Part shown: in pieces, positions 9,914 through 24,239 of the stretch | Position numbering within the stretch: position 1 is the first letter of the stretch | Layout: each line of letters starts with the position of its first letter | Notes under the pieces: model-generated | Seen by the model: the letters and a program-made list of their open reading frames with translations, nothing else | Databases searched by the model: none | What the model was told of the DNA's origin: nothing | Assembly (NCBI GenBank): GCA_038740615.1 | Contig: JAVYLQ010000001.1 | Coordinates: forward strand, 19,157-83,156 | Origin: Candidatus Anstonellales archaeon | GTDB taxonomy: Archaea > Micrarchaeota > Micrarchaeia > Anstonellales > J096 | Direction of reading: 5' to 3' | DNA: 64,000 nucleotides | Position numbers and translations under genes: made by a program

Positions 9914-10337
9914 TATCCCCACCCTGCATAGTAATATCCTTTTTTAATACTACATTATCAAGGTTAAATAGCTCTTTGAATATCTTTCTAGCAGCTCTCA
10001 ATTTGGAATTGTTATTACCAAATGCAAACTTTACATCTTTTGGTTCTATAAATAGGATTAACGTTTTCTCCATATTAACATTCATCACATCATATTTATT
10101 TATTTTAGAATTATTGAAGAACAATTTTACGAATTCCTCTAGTTTATCACTATATTTAAGAATAATAATTTTCTTATTGAAAGATTCAGACAATATCTTC
10201 AGTCTCTTCAGGCCCAATTCAGGATTCTTAACTATAAAATATAGATAATTATCATCTTGATAAACTGCCTCTGGAAATTCTCCTATCAATCTATTGTATT
10301 CATTAATATAATAGATATCTTTATCAGAGATTTCCAT
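9903..10337 (-). CDS. nusA: Archaeal NusA (two KH domains), divergent
   Basis: Position after rpl30e, 144 aa, YSDKLEEFVK and a degenerate second GxxG (AFGNNNSKL). Confidence 0.75.
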   Translation of the reverse strand: MEISDKDIYYINEYNRLIGEFPEAVYQDDNYLYFIVKNPELGLKRLKILSESFNKKIIILKYSDKLEEFVKLFFNNSKINKYDVMNVNMEKTLILFIEPKDVKFAFGNNNSKLRAARKIFKELFNLDNVVLKKDITMQGGDNGS

Positions 10338-10339
10338 CT

Positions 10340-10675
10340 TTAGAATTTTGCCTCTCCTTTCTCTAGAACCGCTACTGCTGATACTAAAAATGGCTTTCCT
10401 ATAGTCTGTCCAATCTCCAGAGAAGTATTGATGTAGATAGGAATGAGATTCTTCTCTTTACATCTCTCTTCCAAACTTTTTAACACATCATCTCTTGCGT
10501 TTTTTGCTATGAATACAGCGATTGGTTTAGAGTTCTTTAGAGTATCAATTACCTCTTTATAACCATAAACCACTTTACCTGTTTCAGCAGCCAATCTTAA
10601 ATTTTCCAGGTTCGGATCCAGAGAGATTCTTTTAGATCTCTTTCTAACCAATATCTTTTCGCGTTTCTCTTCCAT
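10340..10675 (-). CDS. rpl30e: 50S ribosomal protein L30e
   Basis: TGKVVYG, EIGQTIGKPFLVSAVAV; position after rpoA2. Confidence 0.9.
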   Translation of the reverse strand: MEEKREKILVRKRSKRISLDPNLENLRLAAETGKVVYGYKEVIDTLKNSKPIAVFIAKNARDDVLKSLEERCKEKNLIPIYINTSLEIGQTIGKPFLVSAVAVLEKGEAKF

Positions 10676-10686
10676 ATCAATCACAT

Positions 10687-14268
<3,582 letters not shown>

Positions 14269-14288
<20 letters not shown>

Positions 14289-17200
14289 CCAGATCACCTT
14301 TTTTCCTTATGAAGAGTTTTGGATAAATATGCATAGATATAATTTCGTTGAGCAGCAATTTGAAGGCATATGGAATTTCTATATGTCCTACGTTATTACT
14401 TCCACACACAGGACATACGTATTCTTCAGAAGGTTCGTCATAATATGCGAAACTGCCACAGTCTAAACACACATGTTCTACATGTTTATCACTATTCTCT
14501 AACAATCTATCTATCACTGTAGCTGCTGCTCCATATCCTAGTAGAGTATCTCTTTCCATCTCTCCAAATCTCAACCCTCCCTCTCTACTTCTTCCCTCAG
14601 TAGGTTGAGAGGTTAATAATTGCACTGGTCCTTTGGTTCTACTATGCATTTTATTTGATACTAGATGATGTAATCTCTGATAATATATAACCCCTATAAA
14701 TATTTTAACCTTTATTTTCTCTCCAGTAACACCATCGTACATCTCCTCCTCTCCCCATTCATCAAATCCTAGGGATTTTAACTCTTCGACAAACTTCTCT
14801 AGTTTATCACCGGAGAAAGGAGTGGCATCTACATATTTACCAGTTATACATGCTGCCTTGCATCCTAACATTTCTAATAGATGACCTGCAGTCATTCTAC
14901 TAGGTATTGCATGTGGATTTATTATCAGATCAGGAACGATTCCACTTTTTGTGAATGGTAAATCCTTCTGATCAACTAACATTCCTATTACTCCTTTCTG
15001 TCCATGTCTAGAACTGAATTTATCACCTATTTCTGGAATCTTATTCAATCTGAATCTAACCTTTATCACTACCTCCCCGTCCTGATTCTCTGTTATCATA
15101 ACTCGATCAACTCTACCCTCTTCCCCTTCCTTAACCTTTATAGAACTATCTTTGTATTTCTCTTCTGTTGCTCTAGTAAAATCCAAATCCTCTAAGAATC
15201 TAGGTGGTGATAGCTTTCCTATAATAACATCATTTTCCACATATTTTTCCTCCAATCTAGGTAAGCCATCATCATCTAACTTCTCATAAGAAACATTGTG
15301 TTTAACATTTATAATCATGGAACCTGGCTTTGTGATTTTATCTCTGAATTGGGCATAATACTCAACAATCTCGGTGGAATACGTTTTGAACATTATTGAT
15401 CTACCAAATCCCCTATCTACAGCGGACTTGTTTATAACAATTGCATCAGTCATGTTCCATCCTCTGTAACTCATCACTGCAACCACAAGATTGTACCCAG
15501 CTGCTCTCTTGGCTAATCCTAAGTAATCATATGTTCTAGTGGTTGCTATTGGACGTTCATTATAGTAATTAATATATGCCTTAGTGTCATATCTGAAATT
15601 GAATGCAGAATTATATATCCCTAAACTCTGTTTTAGCATACCGCTAGCCATAGTGAGTCTAGGTGAAGAGTTGTATTCAGGGAATGGTAGAAGAGCTGCG
15701 GCTATTCCAAATAGTGTTGATGGATCAATCTCCATATGAGTATACCTCTCATCTCCAAGATCATTCATAGATTTTGCTATAAATGCATTTTCCTCTTCTT
15801 CCGCATCTAAATACTCTATATATCCCATCTTAACCAATTGTTCCCAAGAATACTTACCTGATTTAACCTCATCCCATATCCTCAAAATCTTCAGCTCACC
15901 TCTCTCTATAACTAGATAAGGTCTTCTCAATCTACCTGGGGAAGTATTGATATAAAATTCATTAAACTCTTCTCTAAAATAGAAGTTTACAGAAGAGCTA
16001 ATTTCACCCGCTCTTCTTGCACTAACAAGAGCAATAAATAGTTCCTTACCATTTTTAACTTCTCCTACGTAATCCCCATCTAGATATACTTGAACATTGT
16101 GTTCTGATCTTGAATCTGTTAAGTATGGATTTAGAATAGCAAGTATAGGGGTGACATCAACTTTTTCCGTGGTTATTTCTGCCATTATAGCCATATTCTT
16201 TAGCAATGATGTTGATGCACCTTCTGGGGTCTCAGAAGGACATATCTTTCCATACCAGGTCCCATGCAGATCTCTTGCCTTAAAGTGTGGATGTGATTTG
16301 TCCAAAGGAGAGAGAATTCTTCTTCTGTGACTCAGAGATGATACAAAACTAACCCTATCCATAACCTGTGATACTCCTGTCTGACCAGCTATCCAGTTAC
16401 CCGTAGCCATAGCGTACATTACTTTTGTTGTGAATACATTTGGACGGATTAGAGTACTGAATTTTATAACTCTTCTACCCCTTATTATGCTCTTATTTAT
16501 CTGGTTTTTAGTATCAGCAATCAACTGATCAAAAGCATATCCAAATAACTCAGCTATCAAATCTCCAGCTAGCTTAATCCTCTTATTACCATAATGGTCT
16601 CTATCATCTTCCTTTATCTTATTATAAGCTAATAGAGATGCTTTCATACACATTCTAAGCAAGTATTTAGCCTTCTTCTTATTAATCTCTGGATTCACAT
16701 CAGTTCCCAAGTGAGGCAATACAAAATTAGACATCAATTTGTTGAAATGATTCAGCTGAACTTCCCATTCATTGTTTGGTTTTAATCTCTTTATCAGATA
16801 AACAAGAGGATCAGCAACAAAATCCTCCTTCTTTTCAATTTCCTGTTTGTTTAGCATATAGTCAAAATATGCTTCTGGATACTGTTTTAGAGCATTCTGT
16901 ATTTCCTCATCACTCATACCAAGAGCTCTTATTACTACAAATACATTCAACTGAGGAACAGAGTGGGGGAAATCTATATAGAACAGACCTTCATCAGTTC
17001 TCCTTATTGTTAATTTAGCTCTGTATATTCCTCTAGTAGAGAACACTTTTGCTATAACATCTTCCTTGTTCTCCTTGACAACCAGAATCTTATTAGGTAC
17101 TAAATCCTCTATACCTATAAGAGTTCGTTCAGTGCCGTTTATAATAAAATATCCTCCAGGATCCATTGGATCAGTTCCCTTATAGATTCTTTCCTGATTG

Positions 17201-17685
17201 CTTCTGAGAGCTCTATTAAGATTGCACACTACTGAATTTACCATTACAGGGAGATCTCCTATATGGATGTTCTCTTCTTTTCCATCAAACTCATCAACAT
17301 AATTCCCATTGGCATCATATTTCCTTATGTATCTCTCTACATCGATTAGAACTCTTCCTGAATATGTTAGATCTCTCATCAGAGCCTCTGCTGGGAATAG
17401 TATAAAGGTATTACCAGATTGTTCACTCTTCATAGGAGGTTCTAGCTTGATATTTACTATTTTGTATACTATTTTATTTCGATTATCCTCATTGGCCATG
17501 AAATTTCTATTACCTAGTTCCACCTCTATCTCATTTTCCCTATTTTTCATCTTGTTTTCTAAATACTCTCTCATTCCTTCCTGAACAAACCTATTATAGG
17601 AATCTATCTGCTGTTTTACTAGATTGTTGTATTCAAAATATTTTTTCAACAAAATTTTAGATATATCATTCATTTGGTAATTCAT
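14269..17685 (-). CDS. rpoB: RNA polymerase subunit Rpo2 (B), unsplit
   Basis: GGYFIING, CPSETPEG, GDKFSSRHGQKG, GGLRFGEMERD, C-terminal Zn ribbon. Confidence 0.98.
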
Positions 17686-17947
17686 ATTTCTCACCAATTA
17701 CTATCCTATAGTAAGTATATTTTATGCCGTAATCATCTCTCTGAAATTCAAGAACATCATTTTCCTTAGCTCCTAGTGCAATCACAACTGGATCAGATTT
17801 CATAATCTTAGGCAATTTCTCCTGCTCGATCCCATATTTTCTTAGCAGTTCCTCCTTCTCACTATCACTCAATATCCTCACATTACCTATCAAGAAATGT
17901 CCTATAGGGTTCAATTTAATCTTAGAAACTTTGCTCTTGTCCACCAT
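17666..17947 (-). CDS. rpoH: RNA polymerase subunit Rpo5 (H)
   Basis: LPKIMKSDPV, YYRIV; first gene of the RNAP run. Confidence 0.92.
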   Translation of the reverse strand: MVDKSKVSKIKLNPIGHFLIGNVRILSDSEKEELLRKYGIEQEKLPKIMKSDPVVIALGAKENDVLEFQRDDYGIKYTYYRIVIGEKYELPNE

Positions 17948-18007
17948 ATCAGCTCAATATTTATAGACCAAAAGCTTTTTAAAATTTAATGTTTGAATAA
18001 AACTAAA

Positions 18008-19159
18008 TCATTTTCTAAGCTTCCTAGCTCTAACAATCCTATCTGCAGCTTCTCTAATAGCATTCTCTCTCATATGTTTAGGATCTTTGCTAAAGAGTTT
18101 CAAGAACTTGTTTAAGATTCTATCTCGGGTTTTCTGTTTCATAGTCTCCTCATCTAGATAATTACCAGTGATATTGTAAACCCACTCCATATAACTACCT
18201 ATCACACCTCCTGAATTAGCTAATATATCTGGTACAATTATACTGTTTAATCGATCATCGACATTCCAATCTACTGGATTATTTGCCATCTCAACTATCC
18301 ATTTAGCCTTTATATAATTGTAATTATGCTCACCTATTTGCATCTCCAAAGCTGCAGGAACCAACACATCAACATCCAACTCTAAGATCTCCTTATTATC
18401 GATACTATTCCCTCTGTAACCTTCAAAGCTACCATGTTGCTGTTTGTAGGCTAGCAAATCTGCTATATTCAACCCATTCTCATTATAAACACCCCCTTTA
18501 CTATCCGATATGGCAATCACTTTATATCCAGCTTCATCCAACATTCTAGCCAGATTTCCCCCAACATTTCCAGCACCTTGAATAGCTATTTTTAGATTTC
18601 TCCTCTCAATATTCTTAGCTATATAATCTATAATTACAAATCCCCCATACGATGTAGATATTTCTCTAAATGCTATCCCACCTAACTCAACTGGTTTTGA
18701 TGTGAACATCCCCATATCTCTGGTACCAACAGCATTCTGATATGCATCCAACATCCAAGCAATTATCTGACTATTAGTATTAACATCCGGTGCAGGAATA
18801 TCTTTCCAAGTTCCTATAATATCTCTAAAGGCATTTGCATAATTTCTGGATAGTTCCCTCAATTCTTCTCTACTTAACCTCTTTGGATCGACTACCACTC
18901 CCCCTTTAGCTCCACCATAAGGTAACTCCATAAGGGAATTCTTAAGGCTCATAAGTAATGAAAGCATCTTCAGCTCTTCTTCAGTCACATTTGGATGGAA
19001 CCTTATTCCACCTTTAGAAGGGCCTAAAGAGGAATCATGAATTACTCTATAAGCATCGTAGAGTTTATCCCCGGCTCTAATCTTGCTATGATATATTCCC
19101 TCCCAATCTATCAATTCCTGATAGCCTAACTCCGAGAGTCTGTGAATCATCCTATTCAT
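18008..19159 (-). CDS. gdhA: Glutamate dehydrogenase (Glu/Leu/Phe/Val family)
   Basis: GPSKGGIRFHP, LPYGGAKGG, DIPAPDV, QGAGNVG, PDILANSGGV. Confidence 0.92.
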   Translation of the reverse strand: MNRMIHRLSELGYQELIDWEGIYHSKIRAGDKLYDAYRVIHDSSLGPSKGGIRFHPNVTEEELKMLSLLMSLKNSLMELPYGGAKGGVVVDPKRLSREELRELSRNYANAFRDIIGTWKDIPAPDVNTNSQIIAWMLDAYQNAVGTRDMGMFTSKPVELGGIAFREISTSYGGFVIIDYIAKNIERRNLKIAIQGAGNVGGNLARMLDEAGYKVIAISDSKGGVYNENGLNIADLLAYKQQHGSFEGYRGNSIDNKEILELDVDVLVPAALEMQIGEHNYNYIKAKWIVEMANNPVDWNVDDRLNSIIVPDILANSGGVIGSYMEWVYNITGNYLDEETMKQKTRDRILNKFLKLFSKDPKHMRENAIREAADRIVRARKLRK

Positions 19160-19212
19160 AGTCTATTTAGAAATAAACATCGGTTTTAAAAAATAATCAC
19201 ATATAGTTAATT

Positions 19213-20889
19213 GTGGACGAATTTGAAGAAATCCTGATATCAACCCCTATAGACAAGCTCATAGAGATAATTAAAAATGAGCAAGAGGTCACTAGCTCAT
19301 ATTTAGCTCTAAAAACAAAATACGATCAGGCTACGATAGAAGAGTGGGTGAGATATTTAGAAAGAGAGGGGATTGTTGAGATTAAATACCAACTTAATGA
19401 GATGCATATATCTTGGAACTCTCCTAAAAAAGAAGAATTTGATACGAGAAAGGAGAAATTTAAGAAACGGGCAGATACAGTAGAGAAGCAGATAGAACAG
19501 CTCAAAGAGGACGTAAATATAGAAATAAGAATAGTATATGAGTTATTAGACCAGATCAATAGTAAGATTGATGAAATGAAGTTAGATAGGGAAAAATTGA
19601 TGACATTTACTACTCAATTTACCAAATTCAGAGAAGAATTGAATAAAGATTTGGAGATAATATCGAGAGATATTGCTAGAATTTCGCAAAATGTTGATGA
19701 GAAATACAGGCAAGTATCTTCTCTTGCCACCCTCATATCGGAAGTGTCAGTAGCTGATGTTCAGGAGCTTGAACAGAACATACGCAAATCTCTAGATGAG
19801 AAGCTTAAAATGATAGATACGAGAATTCAGGATTTGGATATATACGTCTCCAAACTTCAGAACATATCAGAGGAGGACATAAATAAAATATACAGTAGAT
19901 TAGAAGAACTAGAACAGATGAAAGAGATTATCAGAGGTTCTGAATCTATAGAAGGAGGATTGAGGGATCTGATAAGGAAATATGAATATATTCTAGAAGT
20001 ATTAGCAGAGAGAGAAAAACTCCTGAAGGAATTGGATGAATTAGAGCAGAGAAATATTGAATTGCAGAGATCTCTGAATAATCTTAGTGGAAACATATTT
20101 GAGATTAGTGAAAAATTGCAGAAACTAGCGCAGGAATACTATGATATTCAAGGAAAATCTGCAGAACTAGCCACTCAGATTAAATCAAACCAAGATATTC
20201 TTAGGAACATTCAGGTGGAAGATACTAGTATAATTGATCAGGCAAAACAGATGCTAGAGACTCTAAGAAGTTTTAAGGATGATGTGAAATCTTTTGAGAA
20301 ATTGTCTAAGGAGACACATGAGATCTTAGAGAGAATACAGGATATAGGTAAGGTAAGAATGAATCTAGAGAGGTATAAGAGAGAATATTTGCTTGAAGTT
20401 GCCAAGTATGCTGAAATGGTTAATGAAGATCTAAAGACTTTGGAAACATTATTGGATATAAAGAAAAGAATGATTTCGGAATTGTCAACATATAAAGATA
20501 CTCTACTTGGATACGAAGAGGAGTTTAAGAAATATGTAAAATTATTCATAGAGCAAAAGGAATCATTTGAATCTATGCGAAAGACTCTGAATCAGATGAT
20601 TCAAGAGGGAGAATTTGCGGAAGCTCTGAATAGGATTAATTCTACTCTAGGGTCTTTGCAACAGGTAGAACAGAAACTAGAGGAAGCGAGAAGATTGCTA
20701 GTACAATTAGAGGAGATAAAAATAAATATAAATGTTCTGACTAAAGAGTTAAATCTATTAAAACTTAGAACTCCTGAAAATGAGAGGGAAATACAGCAGA
20801 AAATAGAACATCAGGAAAAGAGTCTGAAAGAACAGGAGATAAAGCGAAGGAGTTTAGAGGAATGGATCAGAAGTTTTACAAAGAAATAA
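19213..20889 (+). CDS. Hypothetical protein: N-terminal winged-helix-like segment plus long coiled coil
   Basis: TPIDKL...IEEWVRYLEREGIVEI followed by about 480 aa of E/K/L/Q heptad sequence; no Walker motifs. Confidence 0.6.
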   Translation: MDEFEEILISTPIDKLIEIIKNEQEVTSSYLALKTKYDQATIEEWVRYLEREGIVEIKYQLNEMHISWNSPKKEEFDTRKEKFKKRADTVEKQIEQLKEDVNIEIRIVYELLDQINSKIDEMKLDREKLMTFTTQFTKFREELNKDLEIISRDIARISQNVDEKYRQVSSLATLISEVSVADVQELEQNIRKSLDEKLKMIDTRIQDLDIYVSKLQNISEEDINKIYSRLEELEQMKEIIRGSESIEGGLRDLIRKYEYILEVLAEREKLLKELDELEQRNIELQRSLNNLSGNIFEISEKLQKLAQEYYDIQGKSAELATQIKSNQDILRNIQVEDTSIIDQAKQMLETLRSFKDDVKSFEKLSKETHEILERIQDIGKVRMNLERYKREYLLEVAKYAEMVNEDLKTLETLLDIKKRMISELSTYKDTLLGYEEEFKKYVKLFIEQKESFESMRKTLNQMIQEGEFAEALNRINSTLGSLQQVEQKLEEARRLLVQLEEIKININVLTKELNLLKLRTPENEREIQQKIEHQEKSLKEQEIKRRSLEEWIRSFTKK

Positions 20890-20914
20890 AAACACTTATC
20901 ATTAAATATAAGTC

Positions 20915-23593
20915 ATGATTAAAATATTTATAATAAGTACAATTCTTCTCTTATCTGGGTGTATTGATCAACTCAGAATACAATTAACTAAATCTGCTAC
21001 AGATTACTATAGACTAGCAGAGAGTGAAAATATATCGGTAAGTTTTGATAAGAACAAGATTGAAGATTTTATGAAAAGGGTAAATGAAGAGTATGATAAG
21101 AGAGATAATGCAACCCTATATGCATTTGTGTGTAATTACACTCAATTAAAAAAGGTTGGTTTTGACAAATTCAAAGCCTATTGGAAATATCTATTCACCA
21201 AAGATTCTAAAGTGATGTTTGATGAATCTCTAATAGGAGGCAAGTGTTGGATTCAGAATGTGTCCCATTTTCCAAGTATAGAAGCGATAATATTCTCCGT
21301 GTTTTTAGAACCTGAAGAGATCAGAAACAACACTGCATTTTACAAAACTTATCTGGATAAAGATGGAAATGTTGTGGTTGAGGAGCCACCATCGGATCTC
21401 GATGAAATAAGGAGACTCTACAAGATATTTGATAGACATGTATTCTTTGGTTTAGCATCGGGTCCATCCTTTGGAGATTTCAATGAACTCAATCCATTCT
21501 GTAATAACAGCCTTAGATATCCTGTAAAATTCATCACTGGGACAGAGAACCAGTATTTGATTCCTGCAACTCCAGAAATAAGAGCTGCATGTTACTTAGA
21601 TCTTGGTTATATACCTATATACGTATTCTATGCTAGAAATGGTATTCCAGAAGTAGATAATTCATACATACTGGTTTCAAGATTAGTAGATATGAATTCT
21701 CCGGATAGGGAAGCAATAGGACCAGTCTTCTTATTCTCGGAGGGTTCATTAACACCCTCACAGCTGCTCAAAGGATTGGAAGAATATACTCCTGGTGCAG
21801 ATAGATACACCGGTAGAGTTAGAGCTCAGATAGTAGGATGGAAAACTCTGTGTCCAGATTGTATCGTAGGATTAACAGTGCCTTTTGATATCAGCCCTAA
21901 TGAGTTGAAAGAGCTTAGGGATATGATTAGAAATGATCCTTGGTTGTATTCAAATATATCTATAATAGGATTTGGTATAGATGCAGATCGATTAAATAAT
22001 AGATCAAACTTCCATGAAATGATTCAGAGAATAGAGATGATTGTAAAATTCGCTAGGGATCTTGGTAAACCTTCTGCAGCTCTGTATATGTATATTCCTC
22101 AGAGCTGGACAGAGAGGAAGATCAGAGCTGATGGATTTGAATACAGTGGATTAGATTACATCATGAAAAATTTCTATTCAATAGATGCAGTAGCTAGTTC
22201 GAATGTATTTAATCTGGCTGGGAGAGGTTTGATAATGATGCCCACCCTCCCTCTAATACCAGAATCCATGCAGATATTATTAGGCAAATCCTCTGCAGTA
22301 TCGGTTCTAGATACTGCAATGAACCCTTATGAAGATGCATTCTCGTATACATTAAGCTATTGTAAGGATTATTTTAAAGTAGGCATAAACTCCCCTCTAA
22401 TATTCTCCTCATCTGGTGTTGATCTAAAAAACATACAACTAACTCAGAAATCTGAGTTTTACCAGGATCAACCACAATACAGAGAACCCAGATTTACTCC
22501 TGATAAGAGATTTACTATAAACGACAAGGATGATACTATTTTCAAGTGTGTAGGATGTTTCTTGATCCTGAATAGTACTCAGGTAGGAAATTTCAAATCA
22601 ATATTCAATCTAGATACATATAAACATAAATGTGAAGAACCGTCTCCTCAGATTATTAATAAGATTAAACTCTACTCAGATATAGTTGATCTAGATCCAC
22701 CTTTCTTAAGAGCATTGATTGAACAGTTTAGCAATTATGACAAGTGCCACGTATCATTTGTAGATTCAAAAGCTGAACAGTTAGAGAGATGCGGACACAA
22801 CCTGGAGTTCTCTGATATACAATCCGATCTAGCTAAAGCAGGATGCTCTGTAAGCAAGAAATCTGATTATGTTTGTGGATTTGGGGTGATGGATGTTAAA
22901 ATAGATATTACTAAGGAGATATTAGAACCTTGTATCCCATCTAAAGGATACATTAGAGACATGATCTTTGACGAATCTATTAATCTATGCAAGGGCGCAA
23001 TTATGTTAGCAAACGCATCAGATGGTGCTGAAAAGATTATAAATGAATATCCCAAGTATATGTTAGACACTAAATATATCGAAGAGAGGTATTTATTATA
23101 TAGAATGATTTTAACATCTTTGGTGTATGATCAAGGATATAATTTCAGTAAAGCAACAGTAAGATTCTTTGAGGGGCTTGTAGATGAACTGAAAATAGTT
23201 GGGCTTACTGGTGATAAGAAAAAAGATAACCAACTATGTCTGGATTATATGGCACTCCCACACTTCAATAATTATTGTTGCATTATCATATCAAGTAGCG
23301 AAGCGGAGATGGTTAATCCATATTGTGTTAAAATAACTAACACAGAGGCATACTGGGATTTCCTATTAGGAATGAAGCTTGCACCGGGAATGATGATAAC
23401 TTCCGATCCTCCATATTCAATAGGATTTAACAAAGCTTATGAAAAAGTTGAACCAACACTAAAAGTGATGTCAAAATATTTTGATGTATACCAGAAATGC
23501 AAGGATTGTGCAGATGAGAAATGGGCTGATAATGTAATAAAGAAGAAAAAGCAAATATGTGCAAACCTACCAGATTTACCGATATGTAAATAG
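20915..23593 (+). CDS. Large secreted Cys-rich (lipo)protein with a degenerate lytic-transglycosylase-like domain
   Basis: Signal/lipobox-like LLLSGC; many Cys; DPPFLRALIEQFS...GVMDV...INLCKGAIML pattern. Confidence 0.5.
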   Translation: MIKIFIISTILLLSGCIDQLRIQLTKSATDYYRLAESENISVSFDKNKIEDFMKRVNEEYDKRDNATLYAFVCNYTQLKKVGFDKFKAYWKYLFTKDSKVMFDESLIGGKCWIQNVSHFPSIEAIIFSVFLEPEEIRNNTAFYKTYLDKDGNVVVEEPPSDLDEIRRLYKIFDRHVFFGLASGPSFGDFNELNPFCNNSLRYPVKFITGTENQYLIPATPEIRAACYLDLGYIPIYVFYARNGIPEVDNSYILVSRLVDMNSPDREAIGPVFLFSEGSLTPSQLLKGLEEYTPGADRYTGRVRAQIVGWKTLCPDCIVGLTVPFDISPNELKELRDMIRNDPWLYSNISIIGFGIDADRLNNRSNFHEMIQRIEMIVKFARDLGKPSAALYMYIPQSWTERKIRADGFEYSGLDYIMKNFYSIDAVASSNVFNLAGRGLIMMPTLPLIPESMQILLGKSSAVSVLDTAMNPYEDAFSYTLSYCKDYFKVGINSPLIFSSSGVDLKNIQLTQKSEFYQDQPQYREPRFTPDKRFTINDKDDTIFKCVGCFLILNSTQVGNFKSIFNLDTYKHKCEEPSPQIINKIKLYSDIVDLDPPFLRALIEQFSNYDKCHVSFVDSKAEQLERCGHNLEFSDIQSDLAKAGCSVSKKSDYVCGFGVMDVKIDITKEILEPCIPSKGYIRDMIFDESINLCKGAIMLANASDGAEKIINEYPKYMLDTKYIEERYLLYRMILTSLVYDQGYNFSKATVRFFEGLVDELKIVGLTGDKKKDNQLCLDYMALPHFNNYCCIIISSSEAEMVNPYCVKITNTEAYWDFLLGMKLAPGMMITSDPPYSIGFNKAYEKVEPTLKVMSKYFDVYQKCKDCADEKWADNVIKKKKQICANLPDLPICK

Positions 23594-23597
23594 AACG

Positions 23598-24239
23598 ATG
23601 TTGAAACTGGGTTACAACCAATTCCCTAGTTCTCAAATGGATACAGTAAGGTTTAAGTTGTCAAATTATACAATTGAATTACGTAGATGCTGTAGAAATT
23701 ACTCTGATATAATGCACTATCACATTCAATCTCCAGAAACGATCTATATTATCTCTGGGAGTGGCAAGTTAATATATAATATAAATAATAGAACGAATGA
23801 ATTGAATTTTAGTGAAGGAGAGTATATAAGAGTATACGCAAAAACACCACATTCTATATATGTCGATACAGATAGTATAATACTTACTATTCAAGAAAAT
23901 ATAGATAGAATCGATCATAATGGAGATTATTTGGCTCGAGGTCTATTTCCATTTAAAAGTAATATCAAAAACCCAATTTCGTTTAGAGATCCTAAGATCA
24001 AATTATCAATATATCGAATACAAGATTATGAGCTGCAAAAACAATCTCCCGATCTCAAAAATTACTATCTCATAATAGTAGGCATGAGCAAATTCAAATA
24101 TGGTGGTAAATGGTATGATAGAGGAATTCTGGTAATAAACAGAGATAATATGGAAGATTTGGAGAATTTACCTGATCATGGGGCTATATTGAAGATATCA
24201 TCAAAACTTCTTAATCGAATATTCCTGGACCCATCATAG
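23598..24239 (+). CDS. Cupin-domain protein
   Basis: MHYHIQSPETIYIISGSG and EGEYIRVYAKTPHSI cupin motifs. Confidence 0.75.
   Translation: MLKLGYNQFPSSQMDTVRFKLSNYTIELRRCCRNYSDIMHYHIQSPETIYIISGSGKLIYNINNRTNELNFSEGEYIRVYAKTPHSIYVDTDSIILTIQENIDRIDHNGDYLARGLFPFKSNIKNPISFRDPKIKLSIYRIQDYELQKQSPDLKNYYLIIVGMSKFKYGGKWYDRGILVINRDNMEDLENLPDHGAILKISSKLLNRIFLDPS

Noticed and set aside
19213..20889. SMC/Rad50 assignment for the coiled-coil protein
   Set aside because: No Walker A/B, signature motif, hinge or Zn hook.
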